From Bdellovibrionia bacterium (GTDB lineage Bacteria; Bdellovibrionota; UBA1018), in the NCBI GenBank assembly GCA_045805065.1, contig JBJMMA010000208.1:1-19180 (forward strand): a stretch of 19,180 nt of DNA, given 5' to 3'. How positions within the stretch are numbered: position 1 is the stretch's first letter; each line of letters opens with the position of its first letter. Shown in pieces: positions 7,471 through 16,507 of this stretch. Made by a program: the position numbers and the translations under genes. Under the pieces are notes generated by a model. It saw only the letters and a program-made list of their open reading frames with translations, had not been told where the DNA came from and made no database searches.

Positions 7471-8195
7471 CAGATCGCCTTTTCTTCGTTCAAAAGCTTT
7501 TTGAGCTTCATAAATGTTTGCTCATCGACCACGGGCCCATGGCCTGAGCAGAGAATCTCCGTTGGCGGAAGGTTTTGCAGATAACGTCGGATGCTTCTTT
7601 GCGCGGTCTCGGGCTCATCGCTGAAGTGCGGATCAGCCATTCTGAGCTTCTTTGCCTTCCGATTGAAAGGCGAGCCGACCAGAATGGAGTCGCCGCTGAA
7701 GAGGGTTGCTGTGGGCTCATGATGAATCATGACCGATCCATCCGTGTGGCCCGGCACGGACGTGATTCTCAAGCCGTACTTCCAAAGCCCGTCCGTAAAA
7801 ACATCGTCCACATCCACAAAAGCAGGACGGCGATCCTCGACGCCACACAACCAGTTTTTGACGAACGGCGCCGTTCCGCGCTGGAGCGGAGGGGCAAGTC
7901 TTTCGCCTCGCAAAAACTTTGCGTCTTGCTCATGGCAAAAAACCGGTGCGCCAAATTGCTTTCTCATCCACGCAGCGTTTCCTGCATGGTCGCTATGACG
8001 GTGCGTCAACAGAATCGCGGAAAGATCGCCTGGCATCCGGACGCCCAACTTCCAGAGCGACGCCAGGAGCGGCAGGCGCTCTAAGGAGTGCCCTGTATCA
8101 ATCAGGATCTTCTTTCCGTCTGCTGGGTTTTGAAAAAGCCAGACGTTGGAGAATCCTGATCCGATCAAGTAAAGATGAGGCGCAATCTTCTTCAC
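7470..8195 (-). CDS. Metallo-beta-lactamase-fold hydrolase
   Basis: 'LIDTG', HxHxDH motif (THRHSDHAG), 'PGHTDGS', 'FSGD', 'SGHG'. Its TGA overlaps the ATG of the NRDE gene (TGATG). Confidence 0.9.
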   Translation of the reverse strand: MKKIAPHLYLIGSGFSNVWLFQNPADGKKILIDTGHSLERLPLLASLWKLGVRMPGDLSAILLTHRHSDHAGNAAWMRKQFGAPVFCHEQDAKFLRGERLAPPLQRGTAPFVKNWLCGVEDRRPAFVDVDDVFTDGLWKYGLRITSVPGHTDGSVMIHHEPTATLFSGDSILVGSPFNRKAKKLRMADPHFSDEPETAQRSIRRYLQNLPPTEILCSGHGPVVDEQTFMKLKKLLNEEKAI

Positions 8196-8275
8196 GGCCC
8201 CAACCTACCACTGTCGCAGGGGATTGGGAAAGAGTCTGGACCTATTCCTGCAAACGGCTTTCTCCTTTAATCCGC

Positions 8276-9214
8276 ATGAGCAATAAATGGCTGCGCGCTT
8301 GGATGATTGCGTTGATCTTCTGCATCGGCACCGCGACAGACGCGGCGCATGCATCGGGACGATTTCCCTTAATGATTGGATTGGGGGACTCGATCTCTGC
8401 CGCAGCCCTTGCTGATACGAGTACGCAAAAACAATGGAATATCCCCTGGGGTCTGCCGTTTCCAAGCCTCGATAATCCCTTGGAGGGAATCGGCTTCAAA
8501 TCGGATTTTGAAAACAAGCGCACGCTCTCCTGGGTCTCGGGTGTGACCATTGATTCGCATTACAAGCGCCTGCTCAGAATCTATAGAGCACAGGGTGAAA
8601 AGCTCTGGTCATTGAACTTTGCCGAAACAGGATCAGTCTCGCAGAGGCTCTTCAATCAAGTGGGCGAGGTCGAGACTGCTTTGAAACTTGGGCTATTTAA
8701 ATCCATCCCTTACATCACGCTCCTGATTGGAGCGAATGATCTGTGCAAATCCGTTCCGGTTGATACGTTTCATCAGAACATCCATGGCATTTTCGAGAAG
8801 ATTGCCTCACTTAAGTCTCCGGACGGAAAACCGATCCGGATCCTTGTCTCATCAGTTCCCAAGATCCCGGATTTAGGGGAGGAAAAGGTCCTTGAGTATC
8901 ACACGGCAGGGGGATACCGGTGCCGCGCCATCCGAACCACGAGAGTCAGCTATTGCCGCGGAATGACCCAGTGGAAAACTGAGGAAGAGCATCAGCAATT
9001 GAACGCTCAGGTGGATCAGGTCAACGACATCCTGCGATCTGAGACGCTGGAGGCGGAACGTCGGTTTCCTCAATTGGAAACGTTTTTCAGCTCCGCACTC
9101 TCAGAGCGTAAGGTTGTTCCAGAGGATCTTGCCATGGATTGCTTTCACCCTAATCAAAGTGGCCAGGAAAAAATTGCCGAGGTCCTTTGGGGAGAACAAC
9201 CCTGGTTTCACTAA
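8276..9214 (+). CDS. Secreted SGNH/GDSL hydrolase (lipase/esterase)
   Basis: Signal peptide MSNKWLRAW...AAHA; block I GDSIS, block II NFAETGS, block III LIGANDLC, block V DCFHPN. Start set at ATG 8276; the ORF extension to 7919 overlaps the MBL gene. Confidence 0.85.
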   Translation: MSNKWLRAWMIALIFCIGTATDAAHASGRFPLMIGLGDSISAAALADTSTQKQWNIPWGLPFPSLDNPLEGIGFKSDFENKRTLSWVSGVTIDSHYKRLLRIYRAQGEKLWSLNFAETGSVSQRLFNQVGEVETALKLGLFKSIPYITLLIGANDLCKSVPVDTFHQNIHGIFEKIASLKSPDGKPIRILVSSVPKIPDLGEEKVLEYHTAGGYRCRAIRTTRVSYCRGMTQWKTEEEHQQLNAQVDQVNDILRSETLEAERRFPQLETFFSSALSERKVVPEDLAMDCFHPNQSGQEKIAEVLWGEQPWFH

Positions 9215-9256
9215 AAAAATAATTATCTGATACACTAAAAGGGAGGGAGGCCTCCT

Positions 9257-10000
9257 ATGGCTGTTCGAAGCAGCACCGTCCTGAAAAAAGAGACGGAGCT
9301 CCAGGGATTTACCAAAGTCACGGATCCGTTGGAGCTTCATCGCGCTTTGAAACGCGCGATCGAAACTTCCGCGAAAGTGGAGGTTCGCCTTCCTGATCAA
9401 AAGATCGAGTTTGAATCCGTCATTCATGAGTCATCGGATATCGAGAAGGGATTTCGAATTGAGATTCCGTCCGAGATCAAAGACGAGAGCTTGAAGGATG
9501 AGCCTACGGCAGTGATGCTGATCGCGTTCATGCGCGGACAAAATCTTCTGTGCATTCACTCACAAAAGGCAAGCTGGGATGGGCGCGTGCTGATCGTTTC
9601 GCCACCTTGGGCTGTTTTCAAGCTGCAGCGAAGAAAAGAGCCTCGTTACCAGATTCCTGCGGCTTATGATCTCATGGTTTCGATGGAATCTCTTGAAGGC
9701 GGCAGGCGTCGGATTCAGAAACGCGTTCTCGATATCAGCGAGCATGGAATGGGTTTTCAGGTCACATCCATGCGCGAGGCTGCCCCTTACAGGAAAGGGA
9801 CCTTTTTGAGAAAGATGGAAGTCATCATCGAGAACCGCCATATCTACTTTGATGCGCGCGTTGCGAACGTTCTGCACATCATGAATGATCCTCATCGCAG
9901 TGGCGTCAAGATCGGCCTTGAAGTGATTCGTATGAGCCCGATTGATCGGCATTTCATCGCAACTTACGTCGCTCGAAACCTGGTTCAGATTTACACCTGA
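9257..10000 (+). CDS. PilZ-domain c-di-GMP receptor (YcgR/flagellar-brake-like architecture)
   Basis: Intact RxxxR (QRRKEPR) and DxSxxG (DISEHG) motifs in the C-terminal half, preceded by an N-terminal domain of about 120 aa; strong SD. Confidence 0.85.
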   Translation: MAVRSSTVLKKETELQGFTKVTDPLELHRALKRAIETSAKVEVRLPDQKIEFESVIHESSDIEKGFRIEIPSEIKDESLKDEPTAVMLIAFMRGQNLLCIHSQKASWDGRVLIVSPPWAVFKLQRRKEPRYQIPAAYDLMVSMESLEGGRRRIQKRVLDISEHGMGFQVTSMREAAPYRKGTFLRKMEVIIENRHIYFDARVANVLHIMNDPHRSGVKIGLEVIRMSPIDRHFIATYVARNLVQIYT

Positions 10001-10003
10001 GAT

Positions 10004-11053
10004 TTAGCGCGCGCTACGAACTCGTTTCATGCGACCTGCGAGCAGGATTCTTCGAAGTCTTGAGTCATCATCTTCATCATAGATTTCACCGATAAACTCC
10101 TCGAGAACATCTTCCATTGTGATAATTCCAATGGGTCGAATCCCGTTGTAGACGACACTGAGATGGCTTCGAATCTCCTGCATGGCACGAAACGCTTTGA
10201 AAAGCGTGTCGCTTTCCTGAACGCGCAGAGCAGGTCGAATGAGCGTGCTCCAGTTATCCTGTCCCGAGGCTCGAAGGGACATGAACTCCTTGGTGTTCAG
10301 GATTCCAATCACGGCCCCGTTGAGCATGACAGGCAAACGCGTGTGCCCTGAGTTCAGGACGATGGATTCGACTTCCGCCATGCTCTGGTTATGGCGGACG
10401 TAAATGACCTGATCCCAGGGCACAAGTACATCGCAGACATGCTTATGCTCAATATTAACGAGATTGAGCACATATTGTTTTGTTTGTGTTGAAAGGCCCC
10501 CAAGCTCGACAATGTCGCTGCTTGCAGGCTCCGGGGCTTCCGTCTTGAGCGGTTTGAGCGATAGAACTTTTCGCGTTGACCATTCCAGTGCCGTGACAAA
10601 CGGATTGAGCACCTTCTCAATCGCAACAAGCCATCGTGTCGCTATGAGCATGATCTTGAGAGGATGTCTGAGGGCCAGGGTTTTTGGCACAAGCTCCCCT
10701 AAAAGAACATTGAAGTAAGTCAGTGGCACAACCACCAACGCCATAGCCACTACGTGAGCCAAAGTACCCGTGAGCCCGAAGCGCGCGTGCAGGATCGGGC
10801 TGAGGCCCTCAAAGGCACTGGCACCACCGACGGCTGCGCTGATTGAGGCCACCAGCGTGATGCCAATTTGGATCACGGAGAGCGTGCGCTCCGGAGCTTC
10901 CCGAAGAAAGAGAATTTTCTGTGCTTCTTTATCGCCCCCACGAGCAAGCTGCCTGAGCAGCGGCTTACTCAAGGAAACGAAGGCCATCTCAACAGCGGCA
11001 AGCAATCCATTCAGAACTAAGCATGCCGCGATGATCAATAACTCGATCACCAT
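10004..11053 (-). CDS. CNNM/DUF21 + CBS-pair membrane protein (HlyC/CorC/CorB-like)
   Basis: 'NGLLAAVEMAFVS', 'LSVIQIGITL', 'LLGELVPKTLA', CBS motifs 'HTRLPV' and 'GIITMEDVLEEFIGEIYDEDD'. Confidence 0.9.
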   Translation of the reverse strand: MVIELLIIAACLVLNGLLAAVEMAFVSLSKPLLRQLARGGDKEAQKILFLREAPERTLSVIQIGITLVASISAAVGGASAFEGLSPILHARFGLTGTLAHVVAMALVVVPLTYFNVLLGELVPKTLALRHPLKIMLIATRWLVAIEKVLNPFVTALEWSTRKVLSLKPLKTEAPEPASSDIVELGGLSTQTKQYVLNLVNIEHKHVCDVLVPWDQVIYVRHNQSMAEVESIVLNSGHTRLPVMLNGAVIGILNTKEFMSLRASGQDNWSTLIRPALRVQESDTLFKAFRAMQEIRSHLSVVYNGIRPIGIITMEDVLEEFIGEIYDEDDDSRLRRILLAGRMKRVRSAR

Positions 11054-11081
11054 GGCGCATTCTTATGAAAGATTCAGACCT

Positions 11082-11927
11082 TTATGCTTTTGGCTTAAGA
11101 CCAATCTCGCGAAGGCGCTCGGTCAAATAGGAGCCCGCTGTATGTCTTTCTGAAAGACGGACTTCCTTGCGTGGGTGCAAAAAGAGAGGCATTGAGAAGC
11201 GCGGCTGCTTGGCGGCCGGGCCGGTCGGATTGACCACGCGATGAGTGGTCGATGGGTAGTATCCGCCGCTTGCTTCTTTGAGCATATCGCCTGAATTGAC
11301 GACAATCATTCCAGGGTCGCAAGGTACGTCATGCCAGCGGCCCGCAAGATCAAGCGCCTGAAGGCCTGGAGCGCTCGCAGAAGGAAGAAGCGTGATCAGA
11401 TTGATGTCTTCATGAGCTGCCGCGCGAACAGCACCTTCTTCTTCAGTGCCAGTCAGTGGCGGATAATGAATCGTGCGAAGAAGGATCTCCTGGCTTCCCT
11501 CAATCATTTGAGGAAGTGGCATGGAGAACTTGCTGCGGACATCAGTCGGAGTGGATTCATCGATCCAACCCAAAAGCTTGGAAGCCATGGCGTTCAGGAT
11601 TCGATACATCTCCATCGTGTGAGTCTGAGCCGTGGCTGGGAGTTCGCCCCATGGATAGTAGTGGTAGAATTCCTTGAGGTCTTTTTGGGAGTATCCCTTC
11701 GCGTTCTCGCTCTTGAACGGGAAGTAGCCGGACTGACGGGCAGGATCGAAGGTGTATTTGAACTTTTCTTCAGATCCGAAAAACGTCGCCCATTCCTTAA
11801 TGACGTTGTCGATGAGTTCTCCCGGAAGGATGTGATCAGTGATCACGGCAAATCCGGTCTCGCGAAGCGAATTGGTGAACTCGCGTGCGGCATTAGGGTT
11901 CTTGTAGCTGACGGTTTTCACGTTCAT
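11082..11927 (-). CDS. Isopenicillin-N-synthase-like 2OG-Fe(II) oxygenase
   Basis: 'TGFAVITDH', 'LRTIHYPP', HxD (AAHEDIN), 'VNSGDML', distal His (STTHRVVNP), RxS (RFSMPLFLHP). Confidence 0.92.
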   Translation of the reverse strand: MNVKTVSYKNPNAAREFTNSLRETGFAVITDHILPGELIDNVIKEWATFFGSEEKFKYTFDPARQSGYFPFKSENAKGYSQKDLKEFYHYYPWGELPATAQTHTMEMYRILNAMASKLLGWIDESTPTDVRSKFSMPLPQMIEGSQEILLRTIHYPPLTGTEEEGAVRAAAHEDINLITLLPSASAPGLQALDLAGRWHDVPCDPGMIVVNSGDMLKEASGGYYPSTTHRVVNPTGPAAKQPRFSMPLFLHPRKEVRLSERHTAGSYLTERLREIGLKPKA

Positions 11928-12089
11928 AATCTCAGTCTCCCAATCAGTGACGATTTCCTTTAGAATGCCGCTAAAGTCCAGCTTTTTTAAACTAAAAAGC
12001 CGCCCGAATCATAATATCTACATTCTGAATAAGACCCATTCGCGCTCCGATTTTGCATTCTTCGGCCGTTATCAAAAGGAGATGAAGTT

Positions 12090-12302
12090 ATGGCTGAAAA
12101 TAAGGCTGGTCGGCCTGCCGACGCGGGTCAGGGACCAAGACGTCGTGACATGCCGTTAGATTCGAGTCATCGCTCAGAGCGCGACTCATTGGACGAGCTC
12201 CAGAACCGCCGTGCGCACCTCAATGAGGAGGAAGAAATGGCAAGGCGTAATCAGAGATCGCATTTACTGCGCATGAAGAACCGCTTGCGCGCACGTCGCT
12301 AA
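12090..12302 (+). CDS. Small hypothetical charged protein (70 aa)
   Basis: AAGGAG SD before ATG 12090; the ORF fills an otherwise empty gap; Arg/Glu-rich helical C-terminus. Confidence 0.55.
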   Translation: MAENKAGRPADAGQGPRRRDMPLDSSHRSERDSLDELQNRRAHLNEEEEMARRNQRSHLLRMKNRLRARR

Positions 12303-12323
12303 GCGATAATAAATACCTGTTAT

Positions 12324-12653
12324 TCAAGCAGAACGCGGTTTGGCGTTCCCAAATCGCCTGTTCTGCACCATGGGGGGCTCGATGGCGGGCGCCTCAAAAT
12401 AGGTCTCATCGATATAACACCAGGCCCATCGCTCAGAGGACCTGAAGGATTCGATAACAGGATGGTTGGATGCTCGGAAGTGCTTGGTCGCGTGCTTGTT
12501 TTTGGACGAGTCACAGCAGCCAACATGCCCGCAGACCAGGCACTTTCTGAGCTCAACCCAGCTATCGCCTGTTTCCAGGCATTTTTCGCAACCGGCCGTT
12601 CGAGCAGGCGGGTTTTTCACTAAATACTCATGTGAGCAGGGCTTTTTATCCAT
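12324..12653 (-). CDS. Stand-alone UBP-type zinc-finger protein (109 aa)
   Basis: C-x-H...CEKC...WVELRKCLVCGHVGCCDSSKNKHATKHF...HPVIES...WAWCYIDE is the typical bacterial zf-UBP pattern. Start at ATG 12653. Confidence 0.9.
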   Translation of the reverse strand: MDKKPCSHEYLVKNPPARTAGCEKCLETGDSWVELRKCLVCGHVGCCDSSKNKHATKHFRASNHPVIESFRSSERWAWCYIDETYFEAPAIEPPMVQNRRFGNAKPRSA

Positions 12654-12729
12654 GCTCCATTTTGTCGCAACGCTTATGCCGCATCTTATCGGACGCGCTA
12701 TGATTGGCGGGTCGCTCCCGGCAAACCCC

Positions 12730-15702
12730 TTACAGATAAAGGTAACGAAGGATGAAGTGGGTAATGTAGGTGTCCTTAGGACCTGGCGCCACGCGGATTG
12801 GAAATCCAAAGATAAAGCCAATGGAGAGTGGCGGAATATTGAGGTTCAGGCCCGTGGCAAACGAAGCGGTTCCGCCCTGTCCAAACTGCTGGGGATGGAT
12901 AAAGATCGTTCCATAGTCCGCTGCCAGAAGACCGCGTAGAGGCGGAAATTTGAACAGCGATCCGATCGGGAAACGGAACTCAGTCTTTGCGCCCAACACG
13001 TAGTTACCCAGCAATCGAATGTCATTGAACGGATAGGCGCGAAAGATGTCCGGGCTTGAGACGAAGAACGAATCCAGGAACGTTCCGTTGTGAAGGCTCC
13101 AGGCCGCGCCTCCCATGCCTTGAAACGCGAGAACGGCCTCTCCCGCGATATGATAGTAATAGGCAGCATCGATTCGACCACGCTCAGTAATCATGGTGTT
13201 TTTTGGATAGATATTAGTGATGCCCTCAAGAAGCACTCCGTAGCCCTTGAGAGGGCCTGTAAAGGCTTCGTAAATCACGCGATCATATCCAAAGCGCACC
13301 GTAGGCGCGAAAAGAAGCTCGGTACCCGGGTTTTGAGCATCGAACGCGCCTTGAAGAGCCGCATCGCTGAAGTCCGTCCGATTGACTCCTGCCACGCGAA
13401 GCTCGGCATCCATGAAGTCAAAAGGCCCGAAAGGATACTGGAGCGAGAACAAGCCACCAAACTCGCGGTTCCAGTAATAGCGGACGTTTTGCGAGTCACT
13501 CAGCTGCGTATCGACTTGTTGCCGGATCGTATAATAACCGCCGCCAGTCCATTTGGTCCTGCCGCGGAAATTGGTCAGCATGAGATCGGCTTCCGAGTTT
13601 TTGATACCGCCCAGGAGGAAGAAGTCCCCTGAGATGATGTAATCGCGCATGAGATCGCTCACTGCCGCGCTCACGCCGATGACGGTTCCTGTACTGAGGA
13701 AGCCACCTAAATTTTCAATGCGAGTGCCTGACGTTCTGAACGCCTTGTAGTTCTGAATGTCGTATTTTCCCAAATCCGCAAGCTGCACTGGAACTGGAGG
13801 CTTATCAATATCATCCTCCACCGTGTCCAGATCCCTGACAGTCTGGTTGAGCCACTTGGAGCGAGGCAGGCGATAGACTTTGTAGCGGCCCCCTTTGAGT
13901 GCCGTAAGATACAAATTATCGCCGCGAAGCTGAGGCCTCATGGCAGCCGTTGGAACATCGGTGATGCGGTACTCGACGCCGTCTCTCAGAAGATGGATCT
14001 GGGAGCTTCCGCTTTCAAGCGAAGTAAAGACCAGCTCCCCATTGGAGTCATGATCGGGCTCACTTTGATTTGCTGCTGAGAAAGTGATCTGCGTGAAATC
14101 ACCGGTATTCGGATCGATTCTGAATATCGCCGTTTTTCCGTTCGACGTGCGATCCGACTGTCCGTAGATCGCGCTTTCGTTCCAGGCGAGGTTCTTCCAG
14201 CTGTATTGATCGCTGGTCAGTCTCTTTGGACGAGTGTCGCTGTCGGTGCTTGTTCCGTCTAAGGTGAACACGTTCGCGCGTCCCTGCTTGTCGAGTCCGA
14301 CAAACGCGATCTTCGAGCCGTCCTTGCTGATTGCAGGCGAGTGAGCTTCGATCAGGTCGTGTTTATAAATGGCGTAGCGGACTTCGCTATCAAGGCTTGG
14401 CTTTCCGTTCTCACCTTCCTTGTAATTTCTTCTCACAAGCTCTGGGCCGCGAATGGTTTCGGAAAAATAAAGCACGTGATCGTTTGAGATCGCGAGCGTA
14501 GGCAGAGTCATGAAGTAGAGCTTGAAGTTCTCATTCTCGAAATCCTTGGCGACGCGCTCTTTTTTCTTTGGGTCGCTCGTGTTTCTGAGCCAGATGGAGG
14601 TGACGCCCGTCATCTCGTCGATCTCACGGGTCATCATCCATTTTCCGTCAGGAGAGACTGCAAGCGTATCGACCGTGGCTGGGATTTCTTTGATCTCGTC
14701 AAAGTCCTCAAGCTTCTGTTTGAAACCCTTGATCGCTTCTTTGAAGTTCTTGTCGATGTACTCGTTCCACTTCTTCTCAATCTCATCGACTTTGGTATTG
14801 AGCTCAGTAGCAGTGAGCTCGTGGAAGAGCTGGAACTTTCCACCCAGTTTCTCATCCACAGACGTCAGAAGCTTTTGAATCGTACCCTTGCCGAAGGTGC
14901 TCTCGAGGAAGTCGAGTTTGGTCTGGCCGGCTTTATAGACCTGCACAAAGCTGTAGGCAGGTTGTTCAAAGAACTTGGGCATGATCTGGCCCATGTCTTT
15001 GTTCGGATACAGGACCAAGTCGCGCATGTAGGCGCGCGTCTCTGGGTCCATTCCATGAAGGCTGTAGTATTCGGCCATGCCTTCGATGAACCAAAGCGGG
15101 GTGAGCTCATCGGTTCGCATCGAGCCCCACTTGTTCGTGGAGTTGAGCTTTTGCACCTGAAATTGGTGGGTCATTTCATGGGTGCTGATGTGCTTGAAGG
15201 TTTCGGCTTCACCCCAGTACGGGATGGCCATCGTGGGCTCCTGGGTACTGGTGATACCCTGGACGCCTTCGCTTAAGCTGAATGCGTTGGTTTGCTGGAA
15301 CTCGCGATGCGAGGTGAAGAGCAGGTAGTTAAACCGCTGAGGAGGCGTAAAGCCGTTGAACTGCTCTTTGAGATACGCGGCCTCAGTTTGAAGCTCATCG
15401 AGCGCAAAGCGCGCTGTCCAACGCTCCTCTTCATAGAAGAAGAGTCGGATCTTGCTCCCGGTTGCGTCAAAGTCGGTGTACTTCCAGTCGAACATTCGCC
15501 AACGCGGGTCGGGTTTTCCTGGATGTCGAGGGGCGATCAGTGCGGAAGGAAAAAGCCTGGATCCCTCGGGATCTAAAAATCCAAGCAAACCAAATGGATT
15601 GATCTGGGCGTGAGCGCTTTGCGCCAACACGCCTGCAACCATAAGGCAGAGAGCGTTAACAAGGCTGCGGATCCAATCAGAAGTAGTTCGGCCCCCGTCC
15701 AT
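12730..15702 (-). CDS. Exported fusion: MA-clan (gluzincin-like) metallopeptidase + TolB/PD40-like beta-propeller + Omp85/BamA-like barrel (990 aa)
   Basis: Signal peptide ending AHA. HExxH (HEMTH, 15166-15180) plus 'PLWFIEGMAEY'. Propeller repeats 'AVSPDGKW', 'PAISKDGSKIAF', 'LAWNES'. C-terminal 'FRAY...GNYVLGAKTEFRFPI', 'ADYG', ending LRYLYL. Confidence 0.75.
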   Translation of the reverse strand: MDGGRTTSDWIRSLVNALCLMVAGVLAQSAHAQINPFGLLGFLDPEGSRLFPSALIAPRHPGKPDPRWRMFDWKYTDFDATGSKIRLFFYEEERWTARFALDELQTEAAYLKEQFNGFTPPQRFNYLLFTSHREFQQTNAFSLSEGVQGITSTQEPTMAIPYWGEAETFKHISTHEMTHQFQVQKLNSTNKWGSMRTDELTPLWFIEGMAEYYSLHGMDPETRAYMRDLVLYPNKDMGQIMPKFFEQPAYSFVQVYKAGQTKLDFLESTFGKGTIQKLLTSVDEKLGGKFQLFHELTATELNTKVDEIEKKWNEYIDKNFKEAIKGFKQKLEDFDEIKEIPATVDTLAVSPDGKWMMTREIDEMTGVTSIWLRNTSDPKKKERVAKDFENENFKLYFMTLPTLAISNDHVLYFSETIRGPELVRRNYKEGENGKPSLDSEVRYAIYKHDLIEAHSPAISKDGSKIAFVGLDKQGRANVFTLDGTSTDSDTRPKRLTSDQYSWKNLAWNESAIYGQSDRTSNGKTAIFRIDPNTGDFTQITFSAANQSEPDHDSNGELVFTSLESGSSQIHLLRDGVEYRITDVPTAAMRPQLRGDNLYLTALKGGRYKVYRLPRSKWLNQTVRDLDTVEDDIDKPPVPVQLADLGKYDIQNYKAFRTSGTRIENLGGFLSTGTVIGVSAAVSDLMRDYIISGDFFLLGGIKNSEADLMLTNFRGRTKWTGGGYYTIRQQVDTQLSDSQNVRYYWNREFGGLFSLQYPFGPFDFMDAELRVAGVNRTDFSDAALQGAFDAQNPGTELLFAPTVRFGYDRVIYEAFTGPLKGYGVLLEGITNIYPKNTMITERGRIDAAYYYHIAGEAVLAFQGMGGAAWSLHNGTFLDSFFVSSPDIFRAYPFNDIRLLGNYVLGAKTEFRFPIGSLFKFPPLRGLLAADYGTIFIHPQQFGQGGTASFATGLNLNIPPLSIGFIFGFPIRVAPGPKDTYITHFILRYLYL

Positions 15703-15739
15703 AGCGCGGGGACCATGCAACCTCGGTACCGCTGCTCGC

Positions 15740-16444
15740 TTAGTAATATTTTTCTTGGTGAATCGACTCTTTGTCGACGCCCTTTTCGGCCAAGATGGCT
15801 TTCACTTCCGTGATCATCGCGCCATTGCCGCAAAGGTAATACTCGGTTTCCTTCCAAGGGAAGTCATTGCCAAGTGAGCGCAGATAATCGGTGACGCGAC
15901 CTTTGAAACCGGACCAACCACCCGCAGGTTGAGAAACGGCAGGAATCCATTCGACTGGCAAGTCCTGGAAATCCTTCTCATAAAGCAGCTCGTCTTCAGT
16001 ACGAACGCCGATGATGCACTTGGCGCTGACAGGCGGGGCTTTCTTGAAATCATCCGACATGACCATGGCGCGGAATGGCGCAATGCCCGTTCCGGTCGAG
16101 ATAAAGAAGGCATGACGTCCTTCTTTTGCCTCGTAAGTAAAATCGCCGTAGGGAACGTATCCTTTAAAGGTGTCGTTCGGGCGAAGCTTATAGAGGTAAT
16201 TTGAGCCCGGTCCGTCTTCGACTACCTTGATGCAAAGTTCAACGGGACGCATTTCAGGAGCCGATGCGATGGAATAAGCACGGCGCAAATCGCGGCCTTT
16301 TGGGCCAGCACCTGGAACGACGACGCTGACAAACTGGCCTGCCTTGAACTCAAAACCAGGCTCAGTGTCAAAGCTCAGTTCATAGACGGTAGGCGTCAGC
16401 ATTTTAAAGGAGCGAACAGTACAACGGACTTCAATTGCGGGCAT
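15740..16444 (-). CDS. FAD/NAD(P)-binding oxidoreductase, ferredoxin-NADP+ reductase-like (234 aa)
   Basis: 'FKAGQF', RxYS (RRAYSIAS), 'GPGSNYL', 'GTGIAPF', 'GRVT', 'YLCG', C-terminal EKYY. AAGGGG SD before ATG 16444. Confidence 0.9.
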   Translation of the reverse strand: MPAIEVRCTVRSFKMLTPTVYELSFDTEPGFEFKAGQFVSVVVPGAGPKGRDLRRAYSIASAPEMRPVELCIKVVEDGPGSNYLYKLRPNDTFKGYVPYGDFTYEAKEGRHAFFISTGTGIAPFRAMVMSDDFKKAPPVSAKCIIGVRTEDELLYEKDFQDLPVEWIPAVSQPAGGWSGFKGRVTDYLRSLGNDFPWKETEYYLCGNGAMITEVKAILAEKGVDKESIHQEKYY

Positions 16445-16507
16445 ATGCCCCTTATTCGCATAACCTCGAGCTAGTCGCAAGCGACATAGGTCAAACAAGA
16501 CCCTGAG

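Noticed and set aside
7919..8275. N-terminal extension of the SGNH ORF to 431 aa
   Set aside because: It overlaps the MBL gene on the opposite strand; the signal peptide starts at ATG 8276.
9212..9233. Sigma28-like promoter before the PilZ gene (TAAA...TCTGATAC)
   Set aside because: The spacer is 10 nt instead of about 15 and the -10 match is poor.
11082..11927. Beta-lactam biosynthesis or resistance cluster (IPNS-like oxygenase plus MBL-fold gene)
   Set aside because: Both are broad superfamilies, there is no NRPS/ACV synthetase, and the MBL protein has no signal peptide and has a glyoxalase-II-like HxHxDH motif.
12654..12821. Long N-terminus on the zf-UBP ORF
   Set aside because: It overlaps the end of the Omp85-like gene in another frame; the domain begins at MDKKPCSH (12653).
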